Under the pieces are notes generated by a model, which did not search any database, was not told the DNA's origin, and saw only the letters and a list, made by a program, of their open reading frames with translations. Below are positions 37,654 through 47,956 of a stretch of 64,000 nt of DNA, piece by piece (positions within the stretch are counted from its first letter, which is position 1; each line of letters starts with the position of its first letter). Source of the DNA: Candidatus Thorarchaeota archaeon (GTDB taxonomy: Archaea; Asgardarchaeota; Thorarchaeia; Thorarchaeales; Thorarchaeaceae); contig DXJO01000010.1 of assembly GCA_019057475.1 (NCBI GenBank), forward strand, positions 192,001 to 256,000. The letters are read 5' to 3'. The position numbers and the translations under genes were made by a program.

Positions 37654-38748
37654 TCACTTCGGTCCCAGCGCCATCCTAATGGCTGTGTTGAAGTCTTCAG
37701 GAGTTATGAGTGGGGACTCGATCTTGAGGTCCTTGTAGGCTTTTTCGATTCTTGGAAGGATTTCTTCCTCGGTTGTCTTCACCCCAATAAGAGCCTTCTC
37801 GAGTCCAGAGATCGCGTCGCTTGGCAACATGAAGAAGTCGCCACTGATGACAATCTCATGGATTCGATCTTCAACTTCCTCCACAGTGATCCTGATGAGA
37901 CCTCCTTCTGCCTTGTAGCTAGCAGTTCCAATCTGTGTGGTGGCCGAGATTCGCACTGTTCTGGCATCGAGTCTGCCACGTCGTCTCCAGTGCAACCATT
38001 CGTCAGAGAGGTACCTACCCCTCATCCGAGCCATGCGACTCTTCTCCCAATCTGATAGATGTCCCAGCTTGAGCTCTATGTCAAGGGTTTCCTCGTACAG
38101 TCGCACAAGGTCCTTTTTGACTTCGTCGCGGTCTGGAATTCCCCCTGTTTCGAGCAGGATTGTGCTCATCCTCTCTCTCAAGCTCTTTGCAATCTTGTCC
38201 CTGAATTTTTCGTCTGGCACTCTCAGCACCTTCACCATCATATCGAAGTTGAAGTCGAAGATTAGATTTCCAGTCAGGATTCTTGCGTCACCGACATCAC
38301 CCGCTCCGTTTCCAGAAACCTTCTTGCCTCCAGCTTGAATGTCGTTGACAGGTTTAAATTCAGCATCGATTCCAAGATTCCTATAGGCTTGGACCGGCGC
38401 CTGCAGGAATTTCCGGTAGTATGCGTCTATGCCCTTGGGTGTTGTTGGACTGTCGATTCTACCTATGAGTTGATAGAACATCTGACCATCGTCAAGGTAG
38501 ACCCCGCCTCCCCCAATCACTCTTCGAGTAACAAAGATATCATTCTTCCGACAGAACTCGAGGTCAATGTCTTTGTCAATCTCTTGGAAGTAACCCAAGC
38601 TAACGAGTGGTTTTGCCGGCCAACAGATAACGAGAGTATTCTCAGATTCGCCCTCAGTTATTCCTTGGGCAATCATGTCGTAAATTGTCTGCGTTTCCAG
38701 CGGGTCAATGGGCCCGAGGTCCAACAGTCGCCAAGTTTCGAGTGTCAT
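37654..38748 (-). CDS. lplA: Lipoate-protein ligase A with C-terminal domain
   Basis: SLGYFQ, RRVIGGGGVYLD, NDI..GGKKVSGNG and ISGDFF. Start taken at MTLET 38748 (ORF track 38778). Confidence 0.9.
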   Translation of the reverse strand: MTLETWRLLDLGPIDPLETQTIYDMIAQGITEGESENTLVICWPAKPLVSLGYFQEIDKDIDLEFCRKNDIFVTRRVIGGGGVYLDDGQMFYQLIGRIDSPTTPKGIDAYYRKFLQAPVQAYRNLGIDAEFKPVNDIQAGGKKVSGNGAGDVGDARILTGNLIFDFNFDMMVKVLRVPDEKFRDKIAKSLRERMSTILLETGGIPDRDEVKKDLVRLYEETLDIELKLGHLSDWEKSRMARMRGRYLSDEWLHWRRRGRLDARTVRISATTQIGTASYKAEGGLIRITVEEVEDRIHEIVISGDFFMLPSDAISGLEKALIGVKTTEEEILPRIEKAYKDLKIESPLITPEDFNTAIRMALGPK

Positions 38749-38890
38749 CGTGATTACTGGTGGAAATCCGCAGAACATAAAATCCTATTTATTCAACCGT
38801 GGCTGCGAATTGAAGAATTGGGCATCAAGCTTCTGTCCCTTTCACTGCCAACAGTTGGACTAACTCTTGATATTTAAATTAACTAGAATT

Positions 38891-40246
38891 CTAAGCTGCA
38901 TATTTCATTCCTTTTATCTTGAAGTATGGAATCAATGCACTATTATCCTGATCTCGAATGGCTTTGCGTTCTTTACTCAAGGCTACAATGTTCTTCAATC
39001 CCTCAAAGAGGTTTCCAGTGATGGATATCTCTTTGAGAGTGCAGACAATCTCACCATTCTTAATCAGCTGACCCCCCTTCACGGGTCCAGTAAAAATGCC
39101 TGAAACAGGATCGGGAAATGCGCTGACACGTGGAATAAGAAGCCCATGATCAACATCAGAGATGATATCATCTAACGACCGCTCTCCAGGTGCAATGTCG
39201 ATATTGGTTGTTGAGATTGTAGGTGATTTTCTAAAATCGCCACTGGCATGTCCAGTTGATGAGAGGCCTTCCCTATTTGCGGCAAATGTATCATAGAGAA
39301 TACCCTTGAAAACACCCTTCTCAATTATGGGATGTCTTTGATGAGGGACACCCTCACGGTCAAAAGAACTACTTCCTGTCAACCCTTCAAGGGTACCATC
39401 ATCCACGATTGTCAAATTAGGTACAGCAATTTCCTCTCCAAGTCTATCAGCTAGATAGCTTGACCCTGATTGAATCTGAGTAGCACTTGCTGCCGTTAAA
39501 ACGATGCTAAGTAACTCAGCCATTGCATCAGGGGTTATTATCGCAGGCCCTTCGAAGCTTTCTGTTTTCTCAGCACCAAGATTTCTAAGAACCTTCTCTG
39601 CATACTTTTTAGCGGTGCCATCGATGTCTACATCTTTGATCCTCACAACTGAATCATACTCGTAATCAAATGAGCCAATGTCATCACCGTCAATTGCCAT
39701 ACCAAAAATGAACCAGTACAAACTAGAGCGTAGATCAAATGATTCGATGCCAGTAGAGGAAACAATTGCAGTTTCCCGTGTACTGACTTCAAAGGATCCC
39801 GCGTCAATAGAGATTCTTTCATCAAATGCTTTAGATGAATCGAGCAAATTCTGACTGTAACCCAATACATCATCCATTGTGAGCTTTTCAATTGCTGAAT
39901 CGTATAACCCAGCTACTTTCGAAACACTCTGGGGATCGGGGAGGGTGTAGTAATCCAAAGAGGGCGTTGTCTTTGCAATGGACACAGCTACTTCGATACC
40001 TTTCTGTATTCGCTCAGCATCAAGGGAATTAACACCTGCGAATCCAAGCGCTTTCTTAATCAGAACACGAATTCCTACACCTTCAAGAATTGATCCAGTA
40101 GCAGACTTGAGAGTGTTGGCCTCAAAATTGACTGACTTGTTACGTATTCTTTGTCCGAACAGCTCAACCTCATCAGCTCCAAGTTTTAATGCCTTCTCTA
40201 CGAATGGCTCAAGCGATTTCAGTACCTCATTCGCCATTTCATGCAC
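38891..40246 (-). CDS. pmbA: PmbA/TldE metalloprotease partner
   Basis: GVGIRV, IVDDG...SFDREG, STGHA and EISITGN. Lacks HExxxH. Overlaps the tldD stop. Confidence 0.9.
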   Translation of the reverse strand: MHEMANEVLKSLEPFVEKALKLGADEVELFGQRIRNKSVNFEANTLKSATGSILEGVGIRVLIKKALGFAGVNSLDAERIQKGIEVAVSIAKTTPSLDYYTLPDPQSVSKVAGLYDSAIEKLTMDDVLGYSQNLLDSSKAFDERISIDAGSFEVSTRETAIVSSTGIESFDLRSSLYWFIFGMAIDGDDIGSFDYEYDSVVRIKDVDIDGTAKKYAEKVLRNLGAEKTESFEGPAIITPDAMAELLSIVLTAASATQIQSGSSYLADRLGEEIAVPNLTIVDDGTLEGLTGSSSFDREGVPHQRHPIIEKGVFKGILYDTFAANREGLSSTGHASGDFRKSPTISTTNIDIAPGERSLDDIISDVDHGLLIPRVSAFPDPVSGIFTGPVKGGQLIKNGEIVCTLKEISITGNLFEGLKNIVALSKERKAIRDQDNSALIPYFKIKGMKYAA

Positions 40247-41627
40247 CTCCTACATCACCTGAAACCAATGCTATAGCACGTGTGGTTCCACCACCACCAT
40301 CAACCTTAGCAAGTTGACCCTTGCCACAATGTCCGGCACCCATATCTAATCGCCATTCTTTGCTGATTGCATCTACAGACCTGAGAACATCAAAGGCATT
40401 TCCTGTGAGTGAGAGACTTCGAACAGGTTGTCCAATCTCACCATTCACAATTTCAAGTGCCTCGGTCATTTCAAACATAAACTCTGCACTACTATCAGCT
40501 TGACCTCCACCAGCTCGTCTGCACAAGTAACCAAACTTGATCCCTTCAAGTAATTCCTCTTCTGAGAAATCTCCAGGCTCTAGGTATGTGTTTCTCATCC
40601 GAATAAGTGGTTCAACATCATACTCAAAGGCACGCTCATTACCAGTGGGGGCGACACCAAAATGATGGGCTGAATGCCTACTATGGAGATAGGACTTTAA
40701 AACCCCCTTCTCGATAATCACTGTCTTTTCTGCTTTCACACCAGCATCATCTACAGCTAGCCAACCTGCTGCATAATCCTGTTCACCTGAGTCAACCATA
40801 GTAACCTGTTCATTTGCGACGTGCGTTCCAATCTTTCCTTTGGCAGCACTTCCTGACATAACAAAGTCGCTCTCTACAGTATGACCAATTGCCTCATGGC
40901 AGATGATTCCAACTACTTCGGGCTCCATCACAACGGTGTGTTTTCCACCCTTTGGAAATGGTGCATCTAGTAGCTTTACAGCATAGTCCGCAACAAATTC
41001 AGCCATTTCTAAGGGATTCTTCTGTTCAAAGATCTCCCATCCACCAGTTATCCCATAGGTCGACCAGCTTGGTACAATCTTGCCTGCTTCCGCAGCAACA
41101 GCACGGAGGATTATACTTGGTCTGCTATCGAACAATTCTACGCTAGTACCATCTGAGTTCATTATGATGCGATGGTTTCTTGGTTCGCGCACCCAAGAGT
41201 CAGACCCACTTATTTTGTCATCATAATTGGTGATAATCGAGTCAAGCTCTTTTACCAGACCAACTATCTCTTCCATATCATGATTTTCAAAGGGATCTTT
41301 TCCAACCGACTTGAATGTCCCTTTGACTGGCTTTATCGGGGCAATCTCGATTTTATTTTTCATACTCCTTGCTAGATTTCTTGCAGCAGTGACCGCGTTT
41401 TCTAGGGTTTCATCCACAGCAGTCCTATCTAGTTTGCTTGTACTAGCATAGCCCCATGCACCATCTGCAAGAACACGAATTCCAATCCCTGCAAAATCAT
41501 CGACAACAGCCATTTCTAGCTGACCCTTTTTCATACGAACTTGAGTATACAGCCTCTGATGGTAACGTGCTTCTACATGAACACCTTCTGGACCATTGTC
41601 AATAGCTCTTTGTACTAAATCCTTCAA
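40239..41627 (-). CDS. tldD: TldD metalloprotease
   Basis: GIGIRVLADGAWGYAST, HEAIGH (HExxxH), DDAG, IRMRNTY and CGKGQ. Confidence 0.93.
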   Translation of the reverse strand: MKDLVQRAIDNGPEGVHVEARYHQRLYTQVRMKKGQLEMAVVDDFAGIGIRVLADGAWGYASTSKLDRTAVDETLENAVTAARNLARSMKNKIEIAPIKPVKGTFKSVGKDPFENHDMEEIVGLVKELDSIITNYDDKISGSDSWVREPRNHRIIMNSDGTSVELFDSRPSIILRAVAAEAGKIVPSWSTYGITGGWEIFEQKNPLEMAEFVADYAVKLLDAPFPKGGKHTVVMEPEVVGIICHEAIGHTVESDFVMSGSAAKGKIGTHVANEQVTMVDSGEQDYAAGWLAVDDAGVKAEKTVIIEKGVLKSYLHSRHSAHHFGVAPTGNERAFEYDVEPLIRMRNTYLEPGDFSEEELLEGIKFGYLCRRAGGGQADSSAEFMFEMTEALEIVNGEIGQPVRSLSLTGNAFDVLRSVDAISKEWRLDMGAGHCGKGQLAKVDGGGGTTRAIALVSGDVGGA

Positions 41628-41866
41628 AATTATCTTCCTCCGGCAGAAAAATCGATCCGTGCCTGAAAATTGTGACTGCTACTTAAAAGTAAATCCAAAA
41701 GTATCGTGGCCTCTTGGATTGCATGAGCATAGAGTAATTCTCCTTGGTATTGAACTATCTCCGCAACTCTCTGACCACGTTGGAGTTCTCCTTGGAAAAC
41801 ATCAATACTGTGGTCAACCACGCCTAGATACTAAGGCATAAATCGTCAGTATCGACGAAAGAGAGC

Positions 41867-42640
41867 TTGATTTCAATGATTGAGGCTATGGAGCTTACAA
41901 AGGTCTTCAACGAATTCATTGCCGTGAGGAATCTGTCCTTTCAGGTCAATCCTGGAGAGATCTACGGTCTTCTTGGGCCCAACGGATCTGGGAAGACTAC
42001 GACCATGCGAATGCTCCTTGGACTTTTGCAACCCACTGCTGGCAGTGCTAGAATATCCGGCCATGACATTCGAGAGGAGATAGTCGCTGCGAAGCGCGTG
42101 ATGGGTTATGTCCCCGAGGAGCCAGTACTTCCTGAACGGCTAACTGGTTGGGAGTACATCCACTACATCAGCGATATCTGGCGAGTGCCGAGAAGTCCAG
42201 AACGTGAGGATGACATTCAGGAGCTTATGAATCTTCTCGACATCAGTGATGCCAGCGATGATCTCATAGAAACCTACTCGAAGGGAATGTCACGTAAGAT
42301 TAGTCTGGTAGCAGCACTGATACACAAACCGACAGTGCTCATCCTTGATGAGCTGCAAGCGGGAATAGATCCTCGTGGAGCTGCCACAATGAAGGAGATT
42401 CTGAATGGCTTGCGAGAGCGGGGCGCGACAATCCTGATGTCAACCCATATCCTTGAGATTGCAGAGCGGATGTGCGACCGAATAGGAATCATCGACGAGG
42501 GGGAACTGATTGCAGAGGGGACCATGGAGGAGCTTAGGACGAAAGCCAAAGGTCAGAGTTCCTTGGAAGAGATATTTCTCTCTCTAACAGGAGGTCCCGA
42601 TATGCAGCTAATCGCACAGTACCTGGGTGAATCGGCTTGA
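41867..42640 (+). CDS. ABC transporter ATP-binding protein
   Basis: GPNGSGKTT, YSKGM signature, LILDE and STH. Confidence 0.95.
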   Translation: MISMIEAMELTKVFNEFIAVRNLSFQVNPGEIYGLLGPNGSGKTTTMRMLLGLLQPTAGSARISGHDIREEIVAAKRVMGYVPEEPVLPERLTGWEYIHYISDIWRVPRSPEREDDIQELMNLLDISDASDDLIETYSKGMSRKISLVAALIHKPTVLILDELQAGIDPRGAATMKEILNGLRERGATILMSTHILEIAERMCDRIGIIDEGELIAEGTMEELRTKAKGQSSLEEIFLSLTGGPDMQLIAQYLGESA

Positions 42641-44355
42641 GTCCATCAGACTTGCTTCTCCTTCTACGCGAGGACCTCACTCGGTCCTTCAGGCTAAGGA
42701 ATGCAAAGGGCAAGAGAACTGAGAAAAGGGGGCTTCTCAAACGGGTCTCCAATTTTGCGATACCCGTTATCGTTAGCGGGGCACTCCTGTGGGGGGTACT
42801 CGCAATTGCGCCGATGTTCTGGGATTTGATTGAGTCCTATATCTCGGAGAATCTCGGAATGGGGGCTGCCATATTCAATGCAGTCTTGCTCATCTCATTT
42901 ATTGGCTCAATAATGATTTCTGCTACAACTGTGGGAAACAGTTCCAAGATGGAATACCTCCTTATAACCCCCATTAAGATGCGGACGATATTCCTGGAGA
43001 AGACGATTATCATCATCTTCTACAACTCACTCATCTGGATGATGATTGGTGTTCCGTTATTCCTTGGGCTGAGCATAGTGTCACCCTTTGCATTTGCGCT
43101 TCTCTCGGTGCCAGCATTCATCGTAACGCTCTTGATTCTAATCACGATTGGCGTATCTGCTGGGGGGTTAGTTGGACTAGGGGTTGCCCGGGCAGTGGCT
43201 GGAAGACGCGCACTCAAGCAGATTGGCACTGCGATCATGAGTGCGGTGGCAATAATAGGGACAACATTGTGGTACGTCAGTTTCTACACAAACAGCTGGA
43301 ATGATGGGCCCAACCCTTTTGATGCGTTGTTTGATCTTGCAGATTCACTGGGCTTCACATCAATCTTAACGCCTGGCTATACCGTTAGTTCTGTTTCATT
43401 AGGTCTGCTGATTGGTGCTCCATGGAGATGGCAGGATCTTCTCTCAGTCAGCTTGTTCCTTGTATTGGGCGTAGGTATGGTGCTCCTCAACTCTTACGTG
43501 AGCGAAATGGCTCATTACAGTGGTTGGTTGGCGAGTGACGCTACAAGAACATCAAAGGAAGCGATACGCAAGGAACATGGAACTTGGAATCCTCGATCCT
43601 TCCCAGGTCTGAAGCTTAGCAACATAGTGACTGCATCAATGTGGTTCACCATCACCTCGGTGCGTAGAGATGCACGAGTGATTACCAACTACCTACTGGG
43701 ACCTATTCGCTTTGCGATCTGGCTGATTCTCCCGGGTCTTGCTTTCGGAGCGGAGCTCGGCGGTATCACCTCCTACTTCATCTTGGCAGCCCTGATACCT
43801 TTCGCAACCTCATACGGGCTTTACTTCGCAGGCTACGAGCTTGTCTATGAAGGCAAAAACATAATGAACCTGCAGCTCGCAGCGACCAATCTGGAGGAGT
43901 ATGTGCGGGGGAAAGTGTACAGTGCTGTGCCATTCGCAATCATAGCAAGCATCATTGTTTCACTAATTGTCCTCTTCATATCGCCACTGATGTGGGTATA
44001 CCTTCCAGCTGTACTCGTTGCTTGCGCCTTCCTGTGCATGGCCTCAGGCGGCATTGCTGCCAATGAAGCTGCAAAAGGCGGCGACTTCAAAGCGGACCGC
44101 AGCATTACTCGTCAAAGAGGAGCTTCCGTCCGAACTCCTTTGCGTGGATGGTCTTCCATTAGAGCATCACTAGTACCCTACGCAATTGGTTATGCCGGTG
44201 TATTCGGGATGATCCTTGCTGGCGTTTTCTTTGGGGTTCTGTACACTTACGCCATTCTCCCCGTGTTTGTCCTCTTCTGCTGGCGATTAACAACGCATTA
44301 CACTCGTAAAGCAGGCCTAAAGCTGGCTCAGATTGACGCCACTAAGTATCTCTAG
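42637..44355 (+). CDS. ABC exporter permease (duplicated ABC-2-like membrane domains)
   Basis: About 12-14 TM segments in two halves, YLLITP motif. Overlaps the ATPase stop by 4 bp. Confidence 0.8.
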   Translation: MSPSDLLLLLREDLTRSFRLRNAKGKRTEKRGLLKRVSNFAIPVIVSGALLWGVLAIAPMFWDLIESYISENLGMGAAIFNAVLLISFIGSIMISATTVGNSSKMEYLLITPIKMRTIFLEKTIIIIFYNSLIWMMIGVPLFLGLSIVSPFAFALLSVPAFIVTLLILITIGVSAGGLVGLGVARAVAGRRALKQIGTAIMSAVAIIGTTLWYVSFYTNSWNDGPNPFDALFDLADSLGFTSILTPGYTVSSVSLGLLIGAPWRWQDLLSVSLFLVLGVGMVLLNSYVSEMAHYSGWLASDATRTSKEAIRKEHGTWNPRSFPGLKLSNIVTASMWFTITSVRRDARVITNYLLGPIRFAIWLILPGLAFGAELGGITSYFILAALIPFATSYGLYFAGYELVYEGKNIMNLQLAATNLEEYVRGKVYSAVPFAIIASIIVSLIVLFISPLMWVYLPAVLVACAFLCMASGGIAANEAAKGGDFKADRSITRQRGASVRTPLRGWSSIRASLVPYAIGYAGVFGMILAGVFFGVLYTYAILPVFVLFCWRLTTHYTRKAGLKLAQIDATKYL

Positions 44356-44374
44356 ATCAGGCGGGCTGGCCTTT

Positions 44375-45106
44375 CTATAGTTCCAACGTTTTAATTATCT
44401 TAGCTGGTGGAACTGTGATGTCTGTGTCGAAGTGGAGTCCAATCATTGGGTTTACCATTTCAACTAGAGTAAGGTCATCGTAACCTCCCTTGAACAACTC
44501 AACCTCAACGTCACCTGAACGGCCGTTCTTCACATCGTAAACGACATGTGCAGCTGTTAGGGCAGCGAAATCAAATCCGTCTGCATCCGCTGATGGGATT
44601 AGCTTGAGGTTGATGTTTGGACCGCTATCAATCCAATCTCCCTCATCGTCGAATGTGCAGGTGGCCCTCATGAGGACCTCTCCTCCACGCTCAGTGGTGG
44701 CAACCAAGGTATCATCCTTCCACTTCATGGATATCTTGGCATACTTGCGGGGGTATCCCCACACCTCTCTGCCTACGGCAATGGCAACATCAGTATTAGC
44801 AAAGGCATTGGAAAAGTAGAGTCCGACATCTTCCTCTCCCGTGTCGGGGTTCTCATAGATGCACTGGATGAGCAGAGCCGATTCCATGAAGGGACCCGTT
44901 TCCTTGCAGGGTTGATACGCGTGAAGCATTGCAGTGAGTCCCATATCTGTCGGTCGCAGAGGTTCGGGAAGCAGTTTCTGCAATGATTCCTCAGTTGCAT
45001 TGAACAGTGCCAGGAACAGTTTTGCATCAATATAATGCAGCGGGGGTTTCGGATAGAATGGACTCGTAAAGGGTGTGCTGAATTCGTCTCCCATTGAATA
45101 CACCAA
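44375..45106 (-). CDS. Acetoacetate decarboxylase superfamily protein
   Basis: YPKPP, LLPEPL, GPFME and GREVWGYPRK (canonical GRE.WG.PKK), INLKLIP. Confidence 0.8.
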   Translation of the reverse strand: MVYSMGDEFSTPFTSPFYPKPPLHYIDAKLFLALFNATEESLQKLLPEPLRPTDMGLTAMLHAYQPCKETGPFMESALLIQCIYENPDTGEEDVGLYFSNAFANTDVAIAVGREVWGYPRKYAKISMKWKDDTLVATTERGGEVLMRATCTFDDEGDWIDSGPNINLKLIPSADADGFDFAALTAAHVVYDVKNGRSGDVEVELFKGGYDDLTLVEMVNPMIGLHFDTDITVPPAKIIKTLEL

Positions 45107-45175
45107 TCACTCATGATGAAGGGCAGGTATTGAATCTACCGAGATGAGTCGTAGGATAGGTTGACCTAACACGAG

Positions 45176-46051
45176 TCAAAGATTCAGTTTCTTGAATATG
45201 AATGGCCAGATGAATGTCCCAAACAGGAGCACGAATCCATACCTCACGGTTCTAAGCCAGATGTCTTCAGATGGCAGAAATGATCTGAGACCGAGCATAG
45301 CGCCAAGCATAAGGACCAGACCAACGATAACTCTCACAACTAGTCGCCATTTCTGTCCGTCATGCGGCTCGACGCTGAAATCAACGAACTTCTTCTCAAG
45401 CAGAATGCCCAAAGTCAGACCCATTGTGAGCCCACCGGTCAATCCGAAGTTATCATCGGGCGGCTGAGGGAGGAGGTATGCGCAGATAACCAATCCCACA
45501 AACCCAACTAGGAACAGTACGATGTAAGGCGCCTCTTCTCTGTATTTCGATAGGAACTGCTCTACAGACGGCCATGCGTAGATATACGCGAGCAAGATGA
45601 CAATGCCCACTCCCCATCCAAGGATAATGTCCTCCAAGTAGTGAACACCTAGATAGACTCTCGAAACACCAATCAGAATTGAAAGAAGCGCAGCCGCCAG
45701 CATCAGCCACCACCTTCTAGCCTTGGCTGCAATCCCTCCATAGAACGCCGTTGAGTTCTGGGCATGTCCGCTTGGTGTGCTGTAGTTAGGTGCATCGACT
45801 TCAGGCAACCTGTAGCTCAGAGGCGGCCTTGGATTGGCAATTGCTACCTTAAGCCAGTAGTTGGTCAGAACGCTTGCCACGAGCAAAAACCCAACTTGCA
45901 TTGATTCCTTCTTCTTGTATGCCCAGTACCCTGTAAAAATGAGAACCACAAAGGCTGTTTCAGCACCAATGTCGGTGATTATCCTGAAGAACGATTCTGC
46001 CCAGGGCAGGGCGTCGCGAAGCACGTTAGTTATCTCTGGGTCAAAGAACAT
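45176..46051 (-). CDS. PAP2 family membrane phosphatase
   Basis: K.....PRP, TPSGHAQ and SRVYLGVHY..D motifs, with multiple TM segments. Confidence 0.92.
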   Translation of the reverse strand: MFFDPEITNVLRDALPWAESFFRIITDIGAETAFVVLIFTGYWAYKKKESMQVGFLLVASVLTNYWLKVAIANPRPPLSYRLPEVDAPNYSTPSGHAQNSTAFYGGIAAKARRWWLMLAAALLSILIGVSRVYLGVHYLEDIILGWGVGIVILLAYIYAWPSVEQFLSKYREEAPYIVLFLVGFVGLVICAYLLPQPPDDNFGLTGGLTMGLTLGILLEKKFVDFSVEPHDGQKWRLVVRVIVGLVLMLGAMLGLRSFLPSEDIWLRTVRYGFVLLFGTFIWPFIFKKLNL

Positions 46052-46124
46052 CCACAGACATCTCCTCTGATACGAAACCGTTGAAATTGCACTAGGTTTC
46101 CGTGTGTGAAAAACCTGCTTATTC

Positions 46125-47945
46125 TTAGGATAAGCCGCTCAATCCAAGAGCCGCAATCTTGCTCTTACTTGGCTTTCCGGTCTTCCGGCTCCATTTCCTA
46201 TACTTGTACCATGTATCAAGCTGGGCCTCAACATCAGGGACATGCCTTTCTGTCGGGCCATCAAGTGGCTTTAGCAGCAATTCGGGCAGCCCCTCGTTCC
46301 TAGAGTCATAGCCAAGCTTTAGGTTCATCAGCCGCTGTAGAGTGAATATTCTCTCTCCTGCCTTGACAAGCTCTTCCAAGGTGAAGTCCCATCCAGTCAC
46401 CAGCCTCATCATCTCTGCGAGCTCGTCTGCCTTGATTGGGTAAAAGTGGCAAGTTAAGGCAGAGTTCGTGACGCATCTGAAGTCCTGAACCTTTGCGGCC
46501 AAGACAGCTTCGTTATCAAACCTATCCACACTCTCGACGCCGAGTCCTTCGTCGGTCACACCCATCTGGTAGTTGTACATGTCACAGCTCATGTGGCATG
46601 CTCCTCTAGGTGACGTGGCATAAGCTATAGCCATGCCTGAGAACCCGCGGGGATCATGCATCGGAGTTTCAAGCCCGTTCACCTGTACTGCAAGTTCTCC
46701 TACGCCGAATTTCTCTGCGAATGCAAGACTCCCTTCAGCCATCAAGTCTCCAATCCCCTCCCGGTGCGCAATCTTCTCAATGAGCTTGACGGCTGAGTCA
46801 ACTTCTCCCCATTTTGGGTTGATTTCATCCAGGTCCTTTTTGGTTATCTTCCCTTCCGAAATCAAATAGTACGCCAGTGCGATTGTGTTCCCGCCAGATA
46901 TCGTGTCGATTCCAAAGAGGTCAAGTTGCTTGTTCGCAAATGACAGTGCTTCGGCATCATTGTTCAGAATCAAAGTGCCCATTGTCCCGGTGACTTCCAG
47001 TTCAGGCCCTGCAAATCGACCAGTGGCATACTTACCCTTGTCTATCTGTATCACTCGACCACAACCGATTGGACACCTGAAGCAGGCGGTCTTCCCAACG
47101 AGGATCGTTTCCTTGACTGTGGTGCCGCTTAAGTTGTACGAGTCAAAGTCTGAAACTCCATAGTAACCCGCAGGCAGTGATCCGTACATCATGCTGGCCA
47201 TGTCGACATAGCCTGCTGTTCCTAGTTCTGAGTACATCCTGAATGTGGCATCGTCTGTCTTGTCCGCAGTGAGTTCAGCAGATCTCTTCCTGATTTTCTC
47301 AGGCTCAGCCACTGGGACTTTCCTGTCCGAACCATGAACGACAAGTGCCTTCAGGTTCTTCGAGCCCATCACCGCTCCCATACCTGTACGGCCAGCTGCA
47401 CGGAAATGATCAATCAAGATGGACGCATACTTGACCAAGTTCTCTCCAGCTAATCCAATCCGAGCGACACCTGCCTTCTTGAGGCCGGGCTCTTTCTTGA
47501 GTATCTCCCACGTCTGCTCTGTGTCCTTGCCCCAGAGCTGTGATGCATCTCGGATCTCTACCTTGGCGTCCTTGACCAGTAGATAGACTGGCTTCTCGGC
47601 TTTCCCCACGAACATTATTCCATCGTAGCCCGCGAACTTGATGTCTGCACCTAGGTGTCCTCCGAAGGTGCTGTATCCCCACCGCCCTGTCTGAGGGGAC
47701 TTTGCACACACGGTGGCTTTGCTTCCTGTAGGAACCGTTGTGCCACAGAATGGGCCAGTCAGGAACAGCAGTGGGTTTTCAGGTCCCAAGGGATCTGTAC
47801 TTGCATCTATCAAGTCAAAGAGTAATCTGCAACCTAATCCCATGCCGCCTATGTATTCTCGTGCCATCTCCAAGTCTAGCTTCAACTCTGAAGTTGCACC
47901 TGTACTTAGATCTACTTTGAGGATTTTCCCTCGGTACCCGAACAT
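46125..47945 (-). CDS. aor: Tungsten-containing aldehyde:ferredoxin oxidoreductase
   Basis: GY.GKILKVDLS, KSPQTG, AAGRTGMGAVMGSKNLKA, CFRCPIGC, DTIS, DPRG, RGACH and GERI. Start MFGY 47945 (ORF track 47984). Confidence 0.93.
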   Translation of the reverse strand: MFGYRGKILKVDLSTGATSELKLDLEMAREYIGGMGLGCRLLFDLIDASTDPLGPENPLLFLTGPFCGTTVPTGSKATVCAKSPQTGRWGYSTFGGHLGADIKFAGYDGIMFVGKAEKPVYLLVKDAKVEIRDASQLWGKDTEQTWEILKKEPGLKKAGVARIGLAGENLVKYASILIDHFRAAGRTGMGAVMGSKNLKALVVHGSDRKVPVAEPEKIRKRSAELTADKTDDATFRMYSELGTAGYVDMASMMYGSLPAGYYGVSDFDSYNLSGTTVKETILVGKTACFRCPIGCGRVIQIDKGKYATGRFAGPELEVTGTMGTLILNNDAEALSFANKQLDLFGIDTISGGNTIALAYYLISEGKITKKDLDEINPKWGEVDSAVKLIEKIAHREGIGDLMAEGSLAFAEKFGVGELAVQVNGLETPMHDPRGFSGMAIAYATSPRGACHMSCDMYNYQMGVTDEGLGVESVDRFDNEAVLAAKVQDFRCVTNSALTCHFYPIKADELAEMMRLVTGWDFTLEELVKAGERIFTLQRLMNLKLGYDSRNEGLPELLLKPLDGPTERHVPDVEAQLDTWYKYRKWSRKTGKPSKSKIAALGLSGLS

Positions 47946-47956
47946 TATTCCCTCTC

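Noticed and set aside
41630-41821. 63-aa ORF upstream of tldD as a RiPP precursor for TldD/PmbA and the ABC exporter
   Set aside because: It occupies the divergent promoter region, has a GTG start without a clear RBS, lacks a Cys/Ser/Gly-rich core, and no modifying enzymes are nearby.
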